Assembly (NCBI GenBank): GCA_039621445.1
Contig: CP154954.1
Coordinates: 41,161,572-41,225,571, forward strand
Length of the DNA stretch: 64,000 bases
Source: Euglena gracilis
Taxonomy: Eukaryota
Reading direction: 5' to 3'
Position numbers and translations under genes: made by a program
Notes under the pieces: model-generated
What the model was told of the DNA's origin: nothing
Seen by the model: only the letters and a program-made list of their open reading frames with translations
Database searches by the model: none
Shown: positions 28,206 to 40,493 of the stretch, one piece after another
Numbering within the stretch: the stretch's first letter is position 1
Layout: each line of letters begins with the position of its first letter

Positions 28206-30524
28206 TCAGCCGACCTTCTTCTCCAGCTCCCGCATCTGCTCCTGAAGCTTCGCCACCACTTCGTCGCAGTAGGTGCGGACTGCCTGCAGCTCCCCCTTCA
28301 GGGACGTGTTCTCTTGCTCCAGGCTGAAGACCTTGGCCTCCCGAGCAGAGCCGCCCCGAACGTTCTGCCACCCTCCCCTCCCGCCTGCCCGACAAACTGG
28401 TGTGTGGAAGGAGACGGCAATGCAACGGAACGGCCCATCATGAAGACTCTGCGAGGGGTAACTGGGGCACCCTCGGCAACCGCCCAGCGGGGGTAGGGTT
28501 GGCCCTGGGCGGCCTCGTCCATGCGCTGCCCGAAGAGGTAGAACAGCTCGTGGCCTGCGCGGATCTTCTCAATGGCGTCCTGTCGGTCGCCCCAGCCGGT
28601 GATGCGGGAGAACGAGGCGGTGTCCTCCAGGTCCTATTGAGAAGCAGGGGGAGGGTTAACGTGGGATTTGGCGGGGCTGCGGTTGGCTGCGGCCGTGTTC
28701 ACGGGCGGCGTTGCAACAATCCACGTTTCCACTTCCCACGGCAACACCCACCCTCCAGATTGCCAGATTGGGGGCAGGCCGGGCGAGGTTGAAGGAATCC
28801 GAAGCGGGGGATGGATATGGTTCACCTGCCAACCCCAGAACAGTCCTGGACGATGCTACCCGACTCGTAGTATCTGCTGTTTCCCGCTCTTTTCACCGCT
28901 TTGGGGGGAATGAAGAGGTGCTCGTGCACTCGTCCACAACACCCCCTTGTCCAACGATCACTAATGTTCGTCTCCGGCCAGGGTGGGGGTTATGAGACGG
29001 GGGGGACCCAGGTCAGAAAAAGTTGGACAACAATTTGGCCGTTTTATGCTGTGCTTTCGGCCCTTTTGGGTCAATTTCGTCACTTTGGCCTCTTTGGGCC
29101 ACTTTTGGCCGCTGTTACCTATCCCCCGGGGGGGGGGTGGGGGGCGCTTGGCCCAAGCCATGATTGAAGGTAAAGGCAGGGGCCAATCTTATGGGGGCAA
29201 GTTTGCACACTAAAAATTTTGGCAGCCATGTGCAGAAGGCAGAAGGCCAAGTTTGTATGTAAGGAGAGGGGGCCAAGCGCCAATCTTTTTAAGCTGCTCT
29301 TGGCCATTATAAAGCATTTTTGGCAATTTTTTTAGCCACCTTTTGGAAACTCTTGGCTAATTGTAGCAGTCTAGCGTCAGTAATGTCAAGCCACCCTTTG
29401 AAATTTCCTTCCATTTTTCAGCCATATTGAGTCCTAGCATTTTGCATTTTCAGACATTTTTATCATTCTTGGCCATTTTTGTCCAGCTTTTTTTTGCAAA
29501 AAAAAGCAAATTAATGCACAATTATTCCCTTATTTTTGGAACCAGCATGGCTTCCAAAAAGGTCACATCTGACCAGGGGCCGGTCGTTGGACAAGCTTGG
29601 TTGAACGGGGGGGGGGGGGCATGTAATGCTTTCGAGCTTTTGAGCATCCCTTCGAAATCCTGGGCTGGGTATGTTGTCTCTAAATCATACAAAACCCCCC
29701 CAAGGAAACTGCCTCAGACAAGTCAGCGAGTACAGAAGTAGGAGACAGGTCCCTCCCTATAAGGACAGGTAGTGGGTGCGGGGGCAGGAGACACTTTTCT
29801 GTGCAGGTCCCAGTCAGAGAAAAATGACAATTGACATTAGAGACTCTTACAACTGACCTGCAATTGGAAGATGCTGATGAGCATCCTTGTGCTCTTGGAG
29901 ACACTGGAGCACGCTCATGCATGAAATACCCCCTTCTTTTCTCCTTCAGTCTACAATATATCAGGGGTTTCCACCCGATATATTTTTTTCCAATTTTTTC
30001 GGCATTTTCCCAAACACCTCTAATCAATCCCCCCAATCTTCGAGTATTTTGGGGGAAATTGCAAAGGGAAAAAGCAGCAGAAAATCGCAGGAAATTGCGG
30101 ACTGGAAAATTTGGTGCGGATGAAAATTCGGCATGGAAAGTTGCGAGAGAACTGTGGATATCAATCGCCCTCCGGAGAATGTTCAAGCTTGAGCACTCAC
30201 ACAACACACACAACACAACACACACACACAACGCACACAACGCACACAACGCACACAACGCACACAACACACACGGCACACTGTGTGGTACACACCTTGT
30301 AGTGGAGGAAGAAGTTGTGGATCTCCTCCTTGACGTGGGCGGGCAGTGTGTCCAGGTCCTGGATCTCATCCATGCGCGGCTCCTTCACCGCCACGGCGAT
30401 GATCTTCGTGTCGGGGCCGCGCTCGTCGACCAGGGAGAGCATGGCCACTGCCCGCACAGCCACCACGCACTGGAAGTGCAGCGGCCGCGGACCCCCCCAC
30501 TGGCTGCCAACAGGTCTGTGTCGC

Positions 30525-30619
<95 letters not shown>

Positions 30620-30623
30620 TGTG

Positions 30624-30667
<44 letters not shown>

Positions 30668-30701
30668 TGTGTGTGTGTGCATGCGTGCGTGCGTGCGTGT
30701 G

Positions 30702-30741
<40 letters not shown>

Positions 30742-33700
30742 TGTGTGCGTGCGTGCGTGTGTGCGTGCGTGCGTGTGTGCGTGTGCTGGTGTGCCAATGG
30801 ATGAGTGGGTGGGTGGGTGGGTGGGAGGACATCAAGGGAGGTAACCCCCAAAATAACCTGGCGGGTTGCCAGGTTATTGGAACCAACTTTTGCCCCCCCC
30901 CTGCCAGGTTTTTTGGGCCCTTTTTTCAGCGCCGTAAAGTATTTTTGCTAAAAAGGGGGTGCCAAGCTACCGGAACCTCCCCCCTCCAGGTTATTCGGCC
31001 ACTGCCAGGAGCAAGGCCCCGCCAGATTATTGGGGGGGGGGGGTTAGGGTGTGATGCGAGGGAGGAGGGTTCCGAAACCCCTTTGCTTCAAACCAGAAAA
31101 GAGCCGGTTTTGCTACTGTTTATGTGTAAAAGCTAGTCACCATTCTGCTTTGTATTGTCCACTGATTGTTTACTGATCTGTCAAAAAAGCTGGATAACAC
31201 GATTTGGGGGACACTTTTGAAACCCCCAAAATAACAGCAAACCCCCCAAAATGCCTGGTGCTTTGGGCCAGGCACTTTTCCCGAAGGCCGATCCACCCCT
31301 CCACCCTCCCTCCCACCCTCCCTCAACCCAAAGGGGGGCATTTGGAACTCCCCTCCCCTTAGGGCAGGGGGATCGTCAGACGTCCCCCACCCCATTCAAA
31401 ACTAGCGATCACATTACATTATACATCACATTTACATTATACACCCTAACGTCAGGGAACACAGTGAGGGGTTGCCTTGACCCTACCCCCCCCCCTCCAT
31501 ACAATTTTTTGCCGACCCCCCCCTGGGGGGGGGGGGGGGAGGCCGCTCCACTTTTCGAAAAACCAGTCAGTCACTTTTTTGGGGAAATTCTGGAATCCAA
31601 AAGAAACTTGACCAAAAACATGAAGAAAAAAAACTCCAAAAAAAATTTCCGGCGCCTTCGGCGCCGAGTCACTTTAGTGGTTTTTTGCCGACCCCCCTCC
31701 CCTCGGGGGGAAGGGGTCCGGGCCAAAAACCAGTCAGTCACTCTGAAAAAACCAGCCACCCACCCCCCCCAGGGGGTCGGCCAGTGACTAAGTGGTTGTA
31801 AGCCCCCCTCCCCCAATCAACCCATAACAGACAATGGGGAGGCCCAGGTGGGAATGAGGAGAGGATGAGGACGTCCATCGGGTTGCCGTCGGAGCCCAGT
31901 GTCTGGGGAATGAAGCCATAGTTCCCAGGGTAGAAGGCTGAGGAGTGACCCCACCGCCCCAGCCACAGCCACAAGGTGGGGGGGGGGGATGCCTGGTCTT
32001 GGTATGGGAATGGCCAAAAAAAAAAACACCTGGCACCGCGGAAAATTGGTTATTTTGATTTTGGTGGTTTGCCAAAAATTTGCCAAAAAAAATTGGCCAC
32101 TTTGAGGGGGGGTACCCTCAAATTGGCCATTTTCCTTTGGCGCCTTTGGCGCCAAAAGTGCCCCCCCCCAAAGTGCCCCCCCAGTTCCCATGGACCCAAA
32201 AGGGGGAACGGGGGGCAAGGGGGTTACCATGTTAAAATAGTAATGAAAATCGCTCACAAAAAGAAGATTTGTGACCACAAACCTCCACCTACCATGTACC
32301 CCCCCCCTGTACCAGGATACTGGAAGGCCTGGGGGGGGGGGTCAGACCCCCCACCACCCGGGACCATGGCACTGGCGCAAAGAAAACTCCTTAGCTGCCA
32401 AAGGCGCCAAAGGAAAATTTGACCTAAAAAAGCGGCGCCCCCAGAAATATGCCAAGGGAAGATATGGAAAAGCCTGGTGGGGGGGGGTAGACCGCCCCCA
32501 CCCACCAGGATGGGGGAAGGGGGGCCAACCGCCCACCCACCACCCGGTTGCGGAGACTCCCGTACAACCCTGCAGTTGGGCGCGGGCGGATTTGGTGTGG
32601 TTGGGGCGGCGGCTGGAACACGCGGTCCAGCTTCAACAGGCCGACCTCCTTGCTGAATTTGTACTTGTTGGAAGAGCCCTTCGGGTTCTCGATGACGGCG
32701 TTGACCACCTTCGGCGCCTCCACCCCAATGTCCCCTGCGAGCCCCCCTGCGGGTCCCTGCCCGACCCCCATGCTATCAGCTCCAATAAGTGTCCTTCAGT
32801 TGAACACGAGCCACGGTGCTCTGCGTCACACTGAACTGGTTAATTGCCATGGGGAACGCACCTTGCCCCACACACTGCAAATTAGAAGGAAAAGGCACGA
32901 TGCCAAAACGATGGTGAGGAAAACACATGCATTTTCGCGTCGGCAAGTCACAGCCTTACTGCACACAGACAGACACGCACCAGACTCGGGAGTGGGGTTT
33001 GGTCACTCTTTCCTTTCCTTCTGTTCAATTCTGCCCCGGTCCATTTTCTTCCATCATTTTTATTCGGCTCTGCTTCGTTTTTGCCTCCAGCGGTGGAAGG
33101 GACTCGGCCGCGCCGAGAGCACCTGACCCGCAACCCGGAAGCCCTGTCTGGGCACCTTTGTGATACAAGCAGTCGTCAGGAACAGCGAAACCATGCAATA
33201 TGGAATATTTTTTAACATCCCTTTTTTCTCACAGAGCGATGGTCGGACATGTCCAAGATATGGTGGTGACAAGTTGGGTCACATTTTGGGGAAATGGGCC
33301 TAAATGGCCCATTTTCCCTTGGTGTGGCGTTTCCAGGCTGCTTTTGGAAATTTTCCGCATCGTGGTTTTTCATTTTCACCGCATGCGCCGATGAATCCCT
33401 CGGTGTGCTTTGGGGGGCCTTTGGGGGGGGGGGGAGGGGCAGGGCCAGCTCGGCCGAGGTGGTACAGGCGGGGGACGTTGATGAAGTCCGTGGCGGTGCG
33501 GTCGTACGTCGCGGCCGCGTCGAGCACCTCCTGGATGGCGGCCTTCTTGTTGCGCCAGCCGGTCACCTTTGACCACTTGTCCTTCTCCAGCGACTTGTAC
33601 GTCTCGAAGAAGTGCTGGATCTCCACCTTGACGTGCTCCCCGATGTCCGTTGGGGGCCCGGCGGGGTCCTGTGTTCATGCTTTCCGATGCGGGAGGGGCA

Positions 33701-36700
33701 GACCCAAACGAGACATCAATAGGAGGAGTGTGCGACACAGCAACCCCCTGGAGGATAGAGTTGCCAAACGATGTCTGGCTGCCAAGAGGGCCAAATCCCA
33801 CCCAAATATAAGACCGTGGATCCTCTTTTTGGGTCCGTTGCTGAAAATCCCAAAAGAGGTCTTGTTTTGGGGGGTGGTCCATTTTTTCGATTTTTGCTGT
33901 AAAATCGTTCAAAAAAGAGTTCCCACGGGAGAGTCCAAAAGCAGATTCAAAAAAAGCAAGATTCTTGGAAATGAGCGAAAAAATTCTCAAAAATGCCACA
34001 TTCAACCACTGAAAAAAATGGCAAATAAAAAAATACGAATAAATTGCACATTGTGGTGCACTTTTACAAATTCAGGGAGTTTGCCTTTCAAATTCTTTCA
34101 AGAATCCTGGGAGGGTCTCATTTCGGGGGGGTCTGGTTTTTCTGGGCTTTTTCTGCTGAAAATCAGTCGAGGGGGTCTTGTTTTGGGAGAGGTTAAAACC
34201 CACCGGGGGCAGGTCGTTGACCTCCAGGAAGCGGGGGTCCTGGTGGACCACGGCCAGCAGCTTTGCGTCGGCGCCCTTCTCGTCCGCCATGTCCAGCACT
34301 CCGATGACGCGCGCGTCGGCCACCGTGCCCGGGGCGAGGGAGAAGGTGGGGGCAGGGGGGACGTCGAGAGGCCGGGGTGCCGGACGTTGCCGAGGTGCGA
34401 GGGAATTGGGTGGATGTGATGCGCACCAATTGTGCATCAGTTGTGTCACTGGGCGGTCGCTGTGGTTGACAATGGGCTGAGGCGCATGAATGCGCCTCCG
34501 TCTTTTGTTCGGTTCTGTGCATTTTGGTCTTCGTGCCCATCAAAGAGAAAGGGGGGGGTAGGTGGGTGTGGGTGGGTCAGTGTGTTGTGTATTGTGTGTT
34601 TGTGTGTGTTGTGTGTGGTTGTGTCTGTGGGTGGGTGGGTGGGTGGGTGGGTGGGTGGGTGGGTGGGTGGTTGGCGTGTATGGTCTGCATGTGTGTGGAT
34701 GCGCGGTTTGAAAATACCTTAGCACTGCTGAGTGTGCAAAACACAACAAAAAGCATTGGCACGTAACTGAAAAAAAATGAGGATGCGGTGGAGATCAGCG
34801 GGAGGTTTGCTGTGGGAGGTTGGGTTGCGTTTGGTTTGTCGGCCACGGCCAACCGAGTTCAAAGAAAAATTATCTGGTTGGAATTTGGCACCCGCGGCGG
34901 TCAGCCGCCACCAGCCAGAAATCCAACCATGGACGTTGCTGGCAATGCAATGCTTGGAACTGCAGCCGGCCGCAGCCAGCTGCGGCCGGACATGAGCCCA
35001 ACCAGAGAGCTCCCCCAGATTGCAATGTGTGGTCATATTTGCGTGATAAATTGGCCCCTGCTGGGTACCAGTTGCCCCAGACAGCCGCCCAAATAGGGGT
35101 AATACACATGGAGAACCCTCAGTCGGTGCCTTTGGCGCGTCGATCGGGTCCACCCATTTTGCCCTAGTTGGGTGGCTCTTTGGGTTTGCTGTGCACCTTG
35201 TGGAGACCAATGTAATAATGGACAGGTCCAACTGTTTTTATTAGAATCCTAACCGTAACCCTATTCCTTTAAATAATTTCATCAACTGCGTAATTACTCA
35301 ACAATTGGTCGGCTGGCTGGCTGAGGCTGGCCGCAGCCGAAGGTGATCCAAACACAGAAAAATGTGTCCCCCCGTTGGTTGGAAAAGCAGCCAGCCGTGG
35401 CCGGCAACAGTCCAAACACCAGTCAGTTGAGGTGAAGTAGCTTGGATGGCCCTGCCACAGCCAACAAAACGTGAGCCAACCTCCCATGGCAACCCCCCCC
35501 CAGAGATCAACCACAGTTGATTGTCTGTGATGTGGTCCGGGGAGGAGGGTCAACCCCCCCTGGCTGGACAGCACCAGGATGTCGAGGGGGTCGCCGTCGC
35601 CGCACAGGGTGCGCGGGATGAAGCCGTAGTCGTACGGGTAGAACACCGCGGAGTGCAGCACACGGTCCAGCCGCACGCAGCCCGTCTCCTCGTCGAACTC
35701 GTACTTGTTGTTGGCCCCCTTAGGGCACTCGATGTACGCCTGCACGATGTCCCGGGCACGGCGAGGCCCTCCTGGGACGTTACAGTCATGAGCAGGAGGA
35801 GCGGGTTTATCCGATGCGAGTGCTTAAAAAAATAAACAACGAAAAAAAGCTATCCAGATGAGGCAGAGGGCTGGGGTCGAGGCAGAAACGCCCCTCCCCT
35901 GCCACTCCACTGCGAGGGAGCTACCCAAACGACATGGCTTGCCCAGCCGTGGGCCGGGAACATGTCGTATCGGGGGGCCTGCCCGGCGCGGGTCACGCCA
36001 AACAGGTCGCGGGGTGCGTGGTGGAAGTCCACTGGCGGCTGCTCGCAACGCTTTTGGGCGCCTTCCTCCCCCTCCGTGGCGGCCTCCGACTTCTTGTGTT
36101 CGAGGTCGCCGCGCGTGAGCACAGGCGCATTCATGCAAGGAACAGCCCCCTAAAAACGAGGGCAGAGAAAACTGGCTTTACGCTGTCCTTGCTCACCCAC
36201 CAAAAACTATTACATTATACGAAACGCACACAAGGACCAAAGGCAGCACAATCTTCATTGCGCCTTGACAAAGTTGTCAGCTGAAAGTCTTCAGCTGACA
36301 AACAACTGGGCACAAGCCCACAACTTAGGCCTTTTGAGGACTTACCAGCATGACAGCAATCATCAACGTTGAAGAAAATACTTTTTGGATTTTCTGTTTT
36401 TTGGGGGGCGATTTTTGTTACTTGGCCACCCGATGAGGTCCTTTGGGTGGTTGTTAACTAAAGGCGGGGAAAATCCTGACCTGATGCTTCCAATACAGAC
36501 CCTCGCGGCAACTTCCAAAGGGCAGGTTATAGCCTCGCCAGGATGACAACCACTTCCGGGAGGGGGGGGGCGGACAAACCACCCCCTTCAGGAAGGCTGT
36601 CAGGGGCGGCGGGCGAGGTACATCTGGCGGGAGTCGCGGAGGTCCTGCAGGGCTCGCTCACGGCCGTGGAAACCGCTCACCTTGGCCCACTTCACGTGGC

Positions 36701-39700
36701 CGGGCTTGGACTCCAGCCGCTTGTAGTTGGCAAAGAAGTGCTGGATCTCCCGCATGCAGTGTGACGGCGGCAGGGCAGGATGGGTGGGCGGGGGGGGGGG
36801 GGGGGGGGGAGCAGGCTGAATTCGACCAACACTGGGGGGTCAGAGAGCCAGCGGGCCGGCAAGCACTTCCCCCTGGCTGCCTGGGGGGATCGGTAGCTGC
36901 CTGGTCGTGGGCCAAAGTATTTCAAAATGGGCCTTTTCTGGGCTTTCGGCGCCTTCCGCATCAGAGTGCCAGGCACTTTGGGTGGGGACTCCACCCGCCC
37001 CCAGGCGTCGGATCTGGGTGCCTTGGAGTGCCTGTCCAAGCAGACACATCGGAGGACCCACAGTCGGTTGCAAATGGTCCCACTTCTTCCTCTGGTGGTA
37101 GAAGCAGGTGCAGGACCCAGCGAGGGGAAAGCCGGTGCTTTCGCCTGCGGCGGCGGGGGTCCGGACCCTGGGTGGGAGATCGGGCAGGTCCCGGATCGTG
37201 TCAGAGCGGGGGTCCTTGTGGACCACCGCCAGCAGCTTCTGGTCCCGGGCAGGCAAGGCCCTGACCACCCACCGGGCTACCCACCGCTGAATGTTAGGGT
37301 TGTTGTTAGGGTTTGTTGGGGACAGTTGGTGAGGGGGGCACGAGGGCTGAACGGGGACCCATCACGTCGCAGAGAAGTGGCACTGGTGTGGACGGAGGGG
37401 AGGGGAGTCTCCCGTTAAAAAGGGAGAGGCTCCTGCACAGGGCCCAGGGGCCTGGCCCTGCCCCTTCTCGTCCTCCATGTCCATCACTCCGATGATGCGG
37501 GCATCCGCCACGACGCCCGGCGTCAGGGGGTAGTTGGACAGGATGAGCACGTCGATTGGCAGCGAGGGCACCGCTCAACGGAGACGCTGGCCGGGAGTGC
37601 ATAGCAGACAGTCTTTCACTGGCAGTATGTGTGTGTGCGTGTGTTTAAGACATTAAATAAAGCTAACGTTTGGGGATCATTCAGTTTGCAAAATGGCATT
37701 AAATGAGCTAAATCAAGACGGTTTTGAGACATAATCTTTTGTCTTTTGTCCCTCCAGTTTCCAGAAATGAAAGCGCTTTTGAGCCTTCATACAAATAATG
37801 CAGAGGATTCAACCTGCAGCGCTTTCAAAAAACATAAAGAATGAGAATTACAGGGGAAAAAAGAAAAAGAAAAGGCACCAACAAGAATAAAATGCCCAGC
37901 AAACGAGGTATTCTTTGGCGGCACATCTCGCACTTAAGCTTTTTTTCTTTGTTAATGTGCACTAACGCATACATGGACATCTTTTTTTAACAAAAATGAC
38001 AAGATATGGCCCCAAAAACCCAAAAATGTAGGCAGGATGTGCTGTGCCAGGACGAGGAGATGGAAGCTGGGGCTTTGGCAAATAGTAGTGCATAAGAGCA
38101 GGTGTAACCGCAGCATATGATACGCGCAACGTCCAGCAGGTGTGTTTTGAACAATGGCTGTCTCATTAACAGGATATTGACTGAATGATTTGGTGAGCTG
38201 TGCCTAAGCCTGAAGCGATACCCTGCAACTTAGCTGTTTGAGAAATTGGCAGTCGGTGTGGGCAAATGCGCAAATGGGCGGTGTGCGCAAATGCGCACAC
38301 CAACCGTTTGTGTAAGTGTGAAAAGGACCATGTGTGCCAGCTGCAATTGATATCTTTGCAAAATTGTACAAGCGGCTGGCTTGTGCAAATGCGAAAAACA
38401 GTCTGTTTGGTGGGTTGGCTCATCTGCACACAACACCCACTTGTGCAACTTAACACACGTACCATTTGGAGGGTGTGGCACCACTGAACTTTAGAAATCC
38501 TTACGTGCGAGGTATTCTGTAAAATTTACAAATTTACACAATAGAACGGCCAGCCTGCGGGCCCGAATTTGGGCATCAGCAATTGAAGCTGTGAAAAACC
38601 ATCCTTGGACCCTGAAACATCAAAACAAACGACACTTTCAGGTTTTATCCTGAAAAAAACTAATCTTAGAAGTGCCCTTCACCCCCAGTATTTTAGTCCA
38701 AAAATGAGGTACAGTACATTGGCTGAAAATGGATGTGTATGCTGACTTGAAAACCCCTGTGTTCAGGGTGCCACATAATGCAATACACTGACACGCTTCA
38801 TTTGACCTCCTCAAGTACACCTTACAACACCCTGTTTCGATCCTTCGTCTCAGAAGTCACGGTTGCCAAGGCTTCAAAATGAAAAGGAATTCTGGTTGGT
38901 GCCCACAATTGTGAAAAGCAACCATTTTAATGGTTGATGCGCGCATTTGCGCACACCAAGCCCAAGCATACCAGCAATTCAACAAAGGGGGTCCAGCACC
39001 ACAGGAATACAAGGGAGGTAAAATCACAGTGTTGTCACATTCATTTTCCAACTCCAAACACACTGCCATTGGAGGCTCTCAGTTGGTTTGAAAATGGTTG
39101 GTCTGTGCAAATGCGCACATCGCCCATGGGTGCATTTGAGCACAGCCACGGAGCCTTAAACAGCAGCAGGGCATTGATGGGCAACTTGCCACTGAATTCA
39201 ACAGAAAACTGGTGGCAATCCTCCTGTGTTCTTTATCCCCCTCATGAGACCCCTGTGGCAGGATTCTCGAACAGTCCATTGTTTATGTTGCATGTGCACT
39301 TCCACTCCTTTCGTGGCTAACTTCAAAAACCCCCACAATGTGCCGCAAAACTTCAAAAAGCAAGCAAAGAGGTGGGTGGACCTGCCACCCCACCTCCAGA
39401 GCACCACCTGGCGCTGGCAGTTGTCACACAGGGAATGGGGGGAGGCGGCACCGGGATTTTGGTGTTTTTGTCGGTGTTTTTTTTCCACTTTGAGGGGGGG
39501 TAGGTCCGGGGGTTTTCGTGTCATTCTGACCTCAAAAAAACAGCAAAAAAAACACGTAATTCTCAGGAAAGCCAGTGCCCAAAATGAGAAATCGCTCATA
39601 TTTGTCCAATGCTTCTGCCTCTCACCCTCACCACTTGCAACGCCGGTGGTGTGCGAAAATGCGCACATCGACCTAAAAAAGCTTAAGTGCGAGATGCGCC

Positions 39701-40449
39701 GCCTAAGGTATTTATCCCAAATGGCCAGCGAGTTGGCCAGCAGTGACCTCGAAGGGTCGCCATCGCCGCACAGGGTGTTGGGGACGAAGCCATAGTCCCC
39801 GGGGTAGAACACGGAGCTGTGCAGGACGCGGTCCAGGGTCAGCAGGCCCCAGTCCTTCTCCAGCTCGTACTTGTTGGGGGTCACCGAGGGGGCCGGCGGT
39901 GCAAAGGGGAGGAGGGTCCCCCAACCCTCGGGCTTCTGGTCTGAAGAGCTCTTATTGCAGTGCTTGCTGTGGTTGGCCCAAGGGTGGCCAAGGGTGGCGC
40001 CATTGCAATAGATTCCTCAATTTTGAAGATCAATTCCCCTCTTTGGGCTTGGCTGTTCTGTGCTCTTTCCAACCCCCCAAAAATGGGCAAGCTCAATCCC
40101 ATGAATGGGGAGGGCACACCCCGGAAAGCATGGGAAGGGAACCTACTTGGAGAAAAGGGATGCCGAAAAAAGCCTCCATTCACAAGCACCACGAACCAAA
40201 TATGATCCAACCACCCGGGACCCGGGGGACCACTCCATGCCACTCAACGTTGGTACATCCTCCAAAGACAACCGGCCTGCTCTCGGTGGCACGGCCGCCC
40301 CCCGCCCCGAATGGCACCTCCACGAACACGGGCACGATGTCCTCCTGCGGGTTCTGCGGCAGCGCCTCCAGCACCGCGCTGTCGATGAGCATGTGGCCGT
40401 GGCTGGTGGACCGGTCGGAGCCCGTGTAGCTGGGGTGGTGGGTCGGCAT
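28206..40449 (-). CDS. ppa: Soluble inorganic pyrophosphatase (family I) with three tandem PPase domains and a C-terminal coiled coil; 14 exons, 655 aa
   Basis: Exons 40449-40307, 39882-39754, 37557-37460, 37246-37174, 36765-36603, 36137-35955, 35751-35566, 34347-34211, 33651-33456, 32732-32615, 31946-31850, 30482-30296, 28633-28511, 28340-28206 sum to 1968 nt, from ATG to TGA in one frame. Each domain has the motifs NKY(E/K), LDRV.HS..FYP..YGF.P.TL, DG(D/N)P.D, DE.G.D.K and FF..YK. Confidence 0.93.
30527..30790. repeat. (GT)n/(GCGT)n microsatellite in PPase intron 11
   Basis: Seen directly. Confidence 0.95.
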
Positions 40450-40472
40450 GGCAGGGGTGGGACCAGGGAGGT

Positions 40473-40493
40473 CTGGGGGTCGGAAGGGGGGGC
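40473..40493 (-). promoter_or_regulatory. Candidate spliced-leader acceptor of the PPase gene
   Basis: Pyrimidine-rich ccccccttccgacccccAG, 23 nt upstream of GCCATG. Confidence 0.45.

Noticed and set aside
28206-40449. Several separate or pseudogenised bacterial-like ppa fragments
   Set aside because: The fragments join in order, in frame and without internal stops through stem-ended introns into one ORF.
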